Source of the DNA: Octopus sinensis
Lineage: Eukaryota
Length of the DNA: 64,000 nucleotides
Assembly: GCF_006345805.1 (NCBI RefSeq)
Contig: NC_042999.1
Span: forward strand, 169,074,001 to 169,138,000
Direction of reading: 5' to 3'
In this document: in pieces, positions 25,667 to 36,195 of the stretch
Layout: every line of letters begins with the position of its first letter
How positions within the stretch are numbered: position 1 is the first letter of the stretch
Notes under the pieces: generated by a model
The model's input: only the letters and a program-made list of their open reading frames with translations
The model's database searches: none
What the model was told of the DNA's origin: nothing
Position numbers and translations under genes: made by a program

Positions 25667-25904
25667 CCTATCTCAACAGCAACACATTATAACAATTACG
25701 ATTGACTGCATAAATGATAAACAGAACGTTAAGTATTTTAAGAAAACCGTGAGTAGATTCGACGTCAAAGGCAGATACTAGAAAGAGGAGTATCTGACTT
25801 TGATGTCGAATCTACTAACGGTTTTTTAAAAATACTTAATAGTGTTCTGTTTATCATTTATGCAGTCATCGTAATTGTTATAATGTCTTGTTGTTGAGAT
25901 AGGC

Positions 25905-26000
25905 TCTCTTTCTTTCTTGATGAGAAGATTGCATTTTACACCATTTATTCCTTTGGAATAAAACCAATGTTGTCTTCGAAACATATGTCGAAAGTAAAAG
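25905..26000 (+). ncRNA. Minimal type-I hammerhead ribozyme with C3U core change
   Basis: cuuuc-UUGAUGA(25917-25923)-GAAGA...UCUUC-GAAA-C-AUAU-G-UC|gaaag; site after 25989. Confidence 0.72.
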
Positions 26001-26197
26001 AATTTTAATAACATCTACGTTCAACTCCATTTATTTACTTATATATATATGTAGATGTATATCTATATACATATATTTCTTTGTATACATCATCATCATC
26101 ATCATCATTTAACGTCCGCTTTCCATGCTAGCATGGGTTGGACGGTTCAACTGGAGTCTGGGGAGCCCGAAGGCTGCACCAGGCCAGTCATGTATAT

Positions 26198-26235
<38 letters not shown>

Positions 26236-26799
26236 TTATATGACGTATATTTGTATACATATGTATATTTGTTTCCATATATATACACACACACACATAT
26301 CTCTATATTATAAATCTGAAATGCGAAAAGTTTGTTTGTCTGGTTTTGGCATTGAGAACGGGTTAAAGGCCACTAGATCCCGTCGGATTGACTCCAAAAT
26401 TTACAGGGACATGTAAAATGAGGTGAGGATGCGAGTGGGCTAGGTTAGAAATCCCCATCTTAAAAGGTGTCGTTGCTAGGGCCAAAAACTCACTTTGACA
26501 AGTCTACTCTCATTCTTTTATGTATCTGTCTTCCTCCGTCACTCACTCTCTTTCCTCCCTTCCCATCACTTTCTATATATAACGTCGTTTCACGGCGTCT
26601 ATCTCCCTTACCTTCACTTTCTCTTTATGACGTTGTGTCACGGCGTTCTATATCTCCCCCCTCCCTGCCTTCGACAGCGCTTTCACACACTCTCTCTCTC
26701 TCTATGTCTGTCTGCATTCATAGAGAGAATTATCATCGCCACGACCACCATGCAATCATGAGAACAAATATTATGAATCATATATTTATTGGGTTAATT

Positions 26800-26832
<33 letters not shown>

Positions 26833-26881
26833 ATTCTATATATAAATATGTATATATAATGTATATATACAAAGTGTATAT

Positions 26882-27058
26882 ACTCTTTTACTTGTTTCAG
26901 TCATTTGACTGCGGCCATGCTGGAGCACTGCCTTTAATCGAGCATCTCGACCCCAGGACTTATTCTTTTGTAAGCCCAGTACTTATTCTATCGGTCTCTT
27001 TTGCCGAACCGCTAAGTAACGGGGACATAAACACACCAGCATCGGTTGTCAAGCAATG
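26882..27058 (-). mobile_element. S1 SINE 3' half, fused to LINE RT fragment
   Basis: SINE sequence stops at ...gtcaagcaatgc and joins LINE sequence directly. Confidence 0.85.
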
Positions 27059-28100
27059 CCGTGGATTTTTTATTGTGTGGTGACCATAGTTGGGAGCAAT
27101 AGTCTAAGCAGCTGAGAACGTATGTCCCCCAAAGGATCATCAATGTCTTCTTTTCTCCTGGTTTGAAAGTTCGGAGGATCCATCCAGCCTGCCATCTGCA
27201 TGTTATTACCAAATTGGTAATATGTACTTGGAAAGCTGCATCATTGTTCATGTCAATGCCCAGGTCACACACTGATTTTGATTCAGGGATTGCAATTCCT
27301 CCTGGGTTTGTGTATCCTGTCAGCATGTCATTCAGCTTTGTGTGCTGGTAGCATAGGGCCTGAAATTTTCCTGCATTAAACTGCATATTGTTGTCCTGAG
27401 CCCACCTGTATATTGTGTCCAACTCCCGTTGCAGAAGTGCAATATTTCCAGGATTTTGTATTGTCGGGAGGGACTTTTCTGTCTTCTGCACAGCTAGCAA
27501 GCATGGCTATCTGAGCAGCCAAGGGCATATCTGAGAGGGCCACTATGAACAGCAGTGGTCCCAAGACAGTGCCATGTGGAACACCACTTGCTATTTGTGT
27601 TTCCTTGGAGGTGGCTCCATTGGTTACTACTTCCTGATGTCTATTCTTAAGAAAGTTGTGCAGCCATTCTCACAGTTTTCCACATACACTGAGATCGTGC
27701 GGTTTGTGACATATCATACTATGGTCAACTTTATCAAAGGCATTTGCAAAGTCGAGATATATCACATGCATGCTTGAGTCATTCAGCAACTGTTTTAACA
27801 TCCAATCGTAGTGTTGCAGGAGCTGTGTCAGACAGCTTCTGCTGGAGGAAATCTATGCTGGGTGTCAGTAAGTCATTTTCTTCTAGGAACATGATTAGTT
27901 TCTTGCAGACTATTCCTTCCATAACTTTACTGATGTGTGAGGTCAGAGAGATAGGCCTGTAATTTTTAGCATCTGCTCTACTTCCTCCCTTATGGATAGG
28001 GCATATTATCTCTTCCTTCAGTTTGTCTGGGAGTTTACCACTTGCAAGAAAGCTCTGGAAGAGAAGCTGCAGTGGTTTTGTAACAGCTTGCTTGCATTCT
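27059..28100 (-). mobile_element. CR1/L2-group LINE RT fragment related to 2893-8190
   Basis: [54 protein letters not shown]. Confidence 0.9.
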
Positions 28101-28844
28101 TAGTGATCAAGTTGTAGAATCCAAATAAAATATTTTGAAAGATAACATTTCTCCTTTATATAGTATGTATGAATTTCCACAGGTATCTTTCAGCCTCTTT
28201 CAGTATGTGTGTGTGTAATAGAGAGAGAGAGAGCATACTTGTATGTCAAAAATTAGCAAAGTTACTAGCAAATATTCTGGACACCCCTCGTGAACGTGAA
28301 TAATTCCAAATAATGTGAACAAATAAGCATTACATTTGACAGATTAATCTGAACACGAAAGGGTTGGATCTATGTCTTATTATTTCTGCAGTTTGTTGAA
28401 ATGGTTTAGAAATAGTACTTTCATAGTTCAAATTATACTTGTTTTTTTTTGTTTTTAGTTACTCTAGGCACAAGGCCGGAAATTTTGGGGGAGTAATTTC
28501 TTCTGCATTAAGTCTGTCATTCACCTTTCTTAAACTGATTATTTCTACATTAGATTCTAATACTTAAAGGAATTCTGACACTATCCCTTCCTTTAGTGTT
28601 TTCTCTAGGATCCTCTGAATATACTTTGTTTCACATCTTGCTTATGATTTCTAAATGTATCTTTTATTTTGCATTCTGAATTTTGTAGGAGAGGTGAAAT
28701 TCCATCAGATACATATAAGCACATGTACATATTGCATTTGTGCAAATATGGGTTTATTGTCCACAAAGCAAGCTTTCTCATAAATATTGTCTTAATGTTC
28801 ACTTCTTCTTTTAATATTGCGACACCAAGGATATAATACTTTAT

Positions 28845-29118
28845 CTAAAGCTCCACGAGGCTCCGGCAGGGGATGGTGGTGATCCCTGCTGTACTCTTTC
28901 ACCACAACTTTCTCTCACTCTTTCTTCCTGTTTCTGTTGTACCTGTATTTCAAAGAGCCGGCCTTGTCACTCTGTGTCACGCTGAATCTCCTCGAGGACT
29001 ACGTTAAGGGTACACGTGTCTGTGGAATGCTCAGCCACTTGCACCTTAATTCCACGAGCAAGCTGTTCCGTTGATTGTATCAGCTGGGACCCTCATCGTT
29101 GTAACCGACGGAGTGCTC
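28845..29118 (+). mobile_element. tRNA-derived SINE family S3, 5'-truncated
   Basis: Matches 52492-52876; flanked by aatactttat direct repeats. Confidence 0.82.
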
Positions 29119-29455
29119 CTATCAATACTTTATATGTATACTTTCACTCTAAAAATGGATATTTTAATCACATTTGAATTTTTGTTTTTTAGTTACAAAA
29201 TAATGACATGAATTATTATTGCTCTGGATTTTCACTTAGATACACACGTAATGTTTTGGGGGAATTTCAAAGTTGTCATGTAAAGCTCATAAGCATAAAA
29301 TTTTATTTTTATCTTTTAAAAAAAATAGCTAAGTTCATAAAAAATAATATAACTTGTCTATTAAAAATCCATTACTATGAATTACCTCCTTTTCTGCTTC
29401 TATATACAGTACTGAAAGGGTGACAAGCTCATGTTGCAAAAGTGTTTATAAGAAA

Positions 29456-29845
29456 CTAGCAGTATCGCCCGGCGTTGCCCGGGTTTGTAAGGGAAATAAC
29501 TATATAAGCATTTTTAGAGTTATAGCCAAAAAATAGCAAAAAAAATGCATTAAAAATGGGAAAAAAATGATGGTAAATTTTTTTTAAATCGTTGACTCAT
29601 CGTAGACATTTTTAGAGAGTTACTTTCCTTAGCGAAAAAAATGCATTAAAATGGAAAAAAATGATGGTAAATTTTTTTTTAAATCGTAGACTCATCGTAA
29701 ATACGCGCTAATACCCAGAAGGGCTCGATATAAATCACGACTATAAGATACCTGGTTTTGGTTACACTGCACCGCAAAATGTGGGAGTAGTTAGGAATCT
29801 AAATCATAGGAGACAGACACACAACTTGACTTTTATATATAAAGA
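29456..29845 (-). mobile_element. Non-autonomous Helitron-like element (second copy)
   Basis: Same TC...hairpin...CTAG termini as 21154-21548, with different internal duplications. Confidence 0.8.
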
Positions 29846-30164
29846 TATTTTCAATTCATTTAGTGCTTTCTACTTAGGGCTGCATAGCAAAGTAGCCACT
29901 TCTCTCAAGATTTATTTACTGTTTTTTTACAGCATAGTGGACATTGCTTTGTGAAAGATGCTCTCTGATTTTGGAAATGTATTCCTAGGAAAAAAGTCCT
30001 ATCCATGTGATTAGGTAATGTTCAGCAGGCATGAGCTAAATGCTTGTCATCAGAGAAAATTGGTGTGTAAACCAGCAGAGTTCTCATGTTGGTTGTTAAG
30101 TGAAATCACTAGACAATGGCTATCTATGTGGTGCTTTGCTGCTAGGTATTATTTTAGTACACAT

Positions 30165-30578
30165 AGGTGCAGGAATGGCTGTGTGGTAAGTAGCTTGCTA
30201 ACCAACCACATGGTTCCGGGTTCAGTCCCACTGCGTGGCATCTTGGGCAAGTGTCTTCTGCTATAGCCCCGGGCCGACCAATGCCTTGTGAGTGGATTTG
30301 GTAGACGGAAACTGAAAGAAGCCCGTCGTATATATGTGTATATATATATGTGTGTGTATGTGTTTGTGTGTCTGTGTTTGTCCCCCTAGCATTGCTTGAC
30401 AACCGATGCTGGTGTGTTTACGTCCCGTCACTTAGCGGTTCGGCAAAAGAGAGACCGATAGAATAAGTACTGGGCTTACAAAGAATAAGTCCCGGGGTCG
30501 ATTTGCTCGACTAAAGGTGGTGCTCCAGCATGGCCGCAGTCAATGACTGAAACAAGTAAAAGAGAGTAAAGAGAGAGT
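30165..30578 (+). mobile_element. S1 SINE, full length
   Basis: Near-identical to 18438-18838. Confidence 0.9.
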
Positions 30579-32469
30579 ATCACTATGCTCTTCACTTCAA
30601 CTCCTTTCTGATTATTCCTGTGATTGTACCACATCCAGCACTGCTGACCAGCTATTCACATCTGACTCCAACTGTGCCAACCACTCTGTTGTTTTCTGGA
30701 AATCACAACAACTTCTTAGCTAGTATCAAGGAAAATGCATGGTAATTTTCAAGCTACTTTTCTTACTAAAAGTGCATTTTCCATGCCAGAAAATACAGCA
30801 ATTATATTTCTTTATTTCATTTTTGTTTCTGTTTCTAATTTTGTTTCTGTTTCACCAGTATGCCTGCTTTCCCAACAGATGTTTGTATTGTTTGGAATTC
30901 TTAAACTAGTGTTGTCTTAGCTGATTTTGTTGTTGATATTTACCTGCAAATTAATTCACAATATTCTTAAACATTGAAACATCTTTTGTTTGCAGTTTAC
31001 TGTCCTTTTTGATCAGGATTTTGTATTCTATTGTAGTTGCATGCTTTAGACCAGTTACTTAATTTCATTTGATTCACTTTACATAGTCAGATAAAGAAGT
31101 CTTTTCATCCATTTATTTGCAGTCACATGTCAAGAAACTATAACTAAGCTCAAAGAATTAGAAAACATTTGCCTTTTTATTTTACCTAGCATCTAGTCTA
31201 TCTTGTTCAAAGAAAGCTAATATACATGTATTACTGTTGAAGGGAAAATTAGACAAAAATACAAGGATTTCCCCTCCCGCTTTGAGGATTTAAATATTGT
31301 TGAAAGTTATATGGATTTATTTCCTTAATATATTAGTTGCTTGTTCATTAATAGATCAACATAGTGTATTGTTAGTCATACCACTAATCAAGTAGCTGGG
31401 TTTTAAAACTAGCTGCTCGTTATGAAAGTGTTTTGGTTATATTTATGAAACTTGATAGGACTTCTCTGAAAATAGCGAGAACTGCACTACAATATAGGTT
31501 ACAAAGTGTATGCGAAGCAAGCAACCTTTTCCTTGTATTCCTAATCTATCTGTTTATGTGTACCCACAATCACTCATGAATGTGCACATACAAATACACA
31601 CTACATATCCAAGCATATATTGTGTAACACTATATCTGCAATATGCTATGGCAGTAATTTTTCAAGTGTGTCTAAATTGAGCATCACTATCTATCTGGGA
31701 ATCTCTAAAATTCTTAATGTATCTTGTAAGTATCATATTGTCTGCAGGAACAGTTCTTCATTCTGAGAAACTTTTTTTTTTTTGCTAGTCTTATATTTAT
31801 AATTTTTCTCTCCAATTAATGAATTTACCATATGGTGTTCTCAAGTTATTTCATTTCTTAAGTTACCTGGAGAACTCCATATGTGTTAAAAAATTTTCCA
31901 TTTTTGTTCCCCACCTCATTTCAATATTTCTTTGAGAGTAGGGTTAGAATTAGTAAATTATTGATTGGTCTATTAATCTCCTCTAGTGTTTTTCAGTTTA
32001 TATTTATTTATATGACATTTTTGAGTTGATAGAATCTCAAATTTGAGTGTCATTTTCTTGTGACATTAATATGGATGAAAGAAATAAAAATGAGCAGGCA
32101 TTTCAAACATGTACTTTAAAAACTAGAATTTACCTCATAGCATTGAAAGTAGCCATATTTGGCCCAAATATTCTACCTGTTTTATGTTCAAACTGGCCAT
32201 ATCCAGTCTCTCACACCTAGCATACAATGTCATTCTAAAAATATCCACATTGAAATTTTTAAGCTACAAGATAATGCATGATTAAGTCAAAACAATCTGA
32301 ATTAATATGATTACATTTGATAGAGTAATCTGAATGTTTAAAGCGTTAAAGTATTTTGCCAATCGAAGTTTTTAAATAAAAAGTCTATAAATTCATTTTA
32401 GTGATAAAGTAATATTACTTGGTCATAAGATTTTAATTAACTGGCCAAAATAATTTTGATTTTTAAATT

Positions 32470-32838
32470 GAACATGAACATCGAAATAAATATCAATGGA
32501 AATAGTAGTTGTGATACCTGTGCCGGTGGCACATAAAAAAGCATCATCCGAACGTGGCCGTTGCCAGCGCCGCCTTGGCTGGCTTCCGTGCCGGTGGCAC
32601 GTTAAAAGCTCCAACTGATCGTGGCCGATGCCAGACCCCCCTGGCACCTGTGCAGGTGGCACGTAAAAAGCACCCACTACACTCGCGGAGTGGTTGGCGT
32701 TAGGAAGGGCATCCAGCTGTAGAAACTCTGCCAGATCAGACTGGAGCCTGGTGCAGCCCCTGGCTTCCCAGACCCCGGTCGAACCATCCAACCTGTGCTA
32801 GCGCGGAAAACGGACGTTAAACGATGATGATGATGATG
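32470..32838 (+). mobile_element. RTE-tail SINE/3' UTR fragment with three tandem GTGCCGGTGGCAC hairpin units and (GAT)n tail
   Basis: gtgc(c/a)ggtggcac(g/a)t.aaaa.gc occurs three times ~65-70 bp apart; ends ggacgttaaacgatgatgatg. Confidence 0.8.
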
Positions 32839-32894
32839 AAATTATAGTTATTGTGTTAAAAAAAAAAAAGGTAATAATTAAAATATTTCACCAT

Positions 32895-33073
32895 AGGTGC
32901 AGGCGTGGCTGTGTGGTAAATAGCTTGCTTACCAACCACATGGTTCTGAGTTCAGTCCCACTGCGTGGCACCTTGGGCAAGTGTCTTCTACTATAGCCCC
33001 GGGCCGACCAAAGCTATGTGAGTGGATTTGGAAGACGGAAACTGAAAGAAGTCCATTGTGTGTGTGTGTGTAT
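32895..33073 (+). mobile_element. S1 SINE 5' half, broken at its internal microsatellite
   Basis: Head matches 30165; the 3' half is absent. Confidence 0.85.
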
Positions 33074-34246
33074 ATATATTAGTTGCTTGTTCATTAATAG
33101 ATCAACATAGTGTATTGTTAGTCATACCACTAATCAAGTAGCTGCTCGTTATGAAAGTGTTTTGGTTATATTTATGATTCTGATAGTAATGATGTGCAAG
33201 ATTGACTTAGTCAAACTGCAACACTTGCTGTTCCTCTGCACTTATTGTTGGTTAGGTTTCAATTAATTTTAGTGGATTGAAAGAAACAAAGATACACTGA
33301 AATGAAATACTTTCTGGTATTTAGTTGTAACTCATGATGAAGGCTGGAGAGTATACCAGGAGAAACATTGAGGACAAATATCCGTAAAATGTAAATAATG
33401 CAAATAATGAACTCAAAGGTAGTCCATCCTTTATATGGCTGTTTATTATTCTAGAAATTGCAGGGATCACATGGGTATATTCTAACATACAAAACAGCCA
33501 TGCCAACAAATTCACCTCTGACCCCCCCCCCCCCCAGTGATCCCAGACCCATACCCTCATTCAGCTGACCTCCCAGTAACTTGAAATTGTGTTCATATTA
33601 AGAAGGGGTTTCATTAACCCAGGGCATAATTTGAAATCAGTTTCAGATTATACTCTCAAATCAAATAAGGTGTCTTTTTTTGTTGTTTGTGTATGTGTTA
33701 GGTATAAGTATCCACTTTGTTGGTTAAAGTTGAGTTTTTTAAAAAAATAATTGTGTATGAATATATTTTGTTTCGTATACAGATATATTTTGTTTGCATT
33801 TAAAGTGTGTGTATTAATATATTTTGTACTGTATAATATATATTTCAATTGCTAGTTTGTTATTTTTTTTAAAAAATGCTAATTTAAAAAAAATTGCCGA
33901 CTCAGAATCTCTGATGTTCAAAATGTTTTTTTGAAGGCATCATAAAGATGTTAGGGAAAAAACATTGAGAAACTTACTATTGATTCTAACTTATTGCTTT
34001 TCCATCAAAAAACAAACAAACAAACACACACACACACGCACAAAATTTAATTGGAGGATATGTTAGCCTCATGAAGGGTTGCATCCAAGAAAATACTGGT
34101 TCAATACCTATTATTTTGGGGGAATGAAATTCCCTTAAAACATTAGGTATATATAAAGCATATAGTTTATATCCATTTAAAAGAAAAAAATAAAAGAAAA
34201 TGGAGATAAGGAGGTTAATTGTTTATTATTAACAAATTGGTCGTCT

Positions 34247-34349
34247 TCGCTTCTTACAGCTGTTTCAATTAATACTCAGTAATTTAATTACAAATTTGTA
34301 CATTAAATTTATATTTATGTGGCATGAGTATAATTTCATCAGAGGAAAA
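34247..34349 (-). ncRNA. Minimal type-I hammerhead ribozyme in a probable PLE remnant
   Basis: - strand: uuccu-CUGAUGA-AAUUAUACUCA...UGAGUAUUAAUU-GAAA-C-AGCU-G-UA|agaag; palindromic ACAGCUGU stem III. Confidence 0.75.
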
Positions 34350-35234
34350 AAGATGTACCTCTGGGTGTTATATGCAGGCTTGTCAATTCATTTCAGCAGA
34401 CTAAATGCTATGGTTTATGATTTTTATTATCATATGCTCTGGTGAGAGTTTTACAGGTTGATTAGAAATAAAGTATGGTAAATAAATAAAATTAGAACAA
34501 TAAAGTCAGTAGAGATGATTGGGGAAAGTTAAATATAAATAAGGTAAATTTATAGTTAATAAAAGAATAAAATATTCTTTTATAAAGTATGAATAAAATT
34601 ATAAAAATTTTTATATTTGTATGTAAATATATACATTCACATATACACACAAAGATACGCACATATATCTATACATATACATGCATTGCCACATATACAT
34701 ATAACACATACACGCAGGCATATACATGCATAAATATGCACACATATATATACACACACAAATATATATGCACTTTGTACCCATCACCTCTAAAAAGAAA
34801 TGAATATAGATCCATATTAGTCAGTTAATGCCCATTGGTTATTGAAATTTTGAATTAGTGTGTTTACACTATAGTATTTCAAGGAATGTATATCTATTCT
34901 TAATGGTTTGGTGAAATATTGATGTCTGAATGTACATATGAATATTTTTATTTAAAATATACGCACAATTTGGAATTTTAACAAATTTTCTAGACAATGG
35001 AGATTTTAATAATTGTTTCTTTTAGTAAAAGTTATATAATTCTCAACTAATTAATATGCAGATTTCTCCATCATAATGTATACATATAAAAAAAAATAAA
35101 ACAAAAAACATTTAAACTAAATTTCTTTCATGGTATATCTAAACCATTATTGTTATCAACTATAATAAATAGTTTTGATATTTGAGACTAAAGTTTCTGT
35201 ATACATTATACGAGTTATTATCACTCTTTTTTAT

Positions 35235-36195
35235 TTATAATATATATAATGAAATTATTGTATACAGTGCTCAGGTGCACCACAACTTGTCAAAAGTGCA
35301 CATAAAGCATATGCAGTATTGTACAAATGTCTGGAAAGTGAACAGTGTATGAGTCAGATACATGCCTGTGTGTGTATGGAGGGGAGAAAATCAGGTGTAG
35401 TGTTGGCGAATCTCAGGAAGCATGGAAATTTTGAAGGATGCGGTGCTCCGACAACTAACAACTGATGCCGGCAGTTTGTTCCATGCTTCAGCAACTCTTA
35501 GCGTGAAATAATGTTTCTGAAAGTCATGGGAGCTGTGCTGTTTTCTGACTTTGTAAACATGTCCACGGGTGTTAGATGGAGTTTGAAAAGGTGCTCAGAG
35601 TTATTGTTTGTAAGATGGTTAATAATTTTATGGGTGTCTGCCAAGTCAGCTGCCAGACATTGGAGTTTCAATGTATCCATGCCCAAGGAAGTAAGGCGTT
35701 CAGAATATGGCAAATGCCTGATGGAGGGTATTCTCTTGGTTGCACGTCGCTGAACGGCTTCAAGACGATTAATATCCTGGCCAAGATAGGGGTTCCAGAC
35801 CGGTGATGCAAATTCCAGGTGAGGATGCACCATAGCTATATAAAGCCTCAGATAGATAGCCGGAGTGCAGCTCACAAAGGACTTGGTGAGTGATGCCAAG
35901 ACATCCTCAGCCTTCTTAGCAATTTTAGCAATGTGTTTTGTCCAACGCAAATTGCTGATGACAATAATGCCCAGGTCACATTCACACGAAGACTTTTTGA
36001 GAATAGTGTTGTGGAGGGAGTAAGTAGACGCTGGGTTTTTCCTCCCAAAATGCATGGTGGTACATTTGTCCACAGCCAGCTTGAGTTGCCAGTCCATGAC
36101 CCACTGCTGCGGTGTGTCCAGGTCTGATTGCAATAAAGATCTATAGTGTACAGGATCTGTCCTCTTTATTTCGAGGTACAGCTTGATGTCATCTG
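35235..36195 (-). mobile_element. CR1 LINE 3' fragment
   Basis: DDIKLY..., DLGIIV, HPHLEFASPVWNPY, LEAVQRRATK; 3' UTR gtgcacctgagcactgtatacaataatttcatt. Confidence 0.88.

Larger units (their letters stand above)
25559..26011. repeat. ~450-bp palindrome (arms ~220 bp, 9-nt loop at 25780-25788); probable inverted PLE terminal repeats
   Basis: The arms are near-perfect reverse complements, each carries a hammerhead motif, and the right end runs into (TA)n at ~26040. Confidence 0.93.

Noticed and set aside
35180-35230. GAAAC-TTTA-GTC hammerhead-like half on the - strand
   Set aside because: No CUGANGA core and poor stems; cannot be supported.
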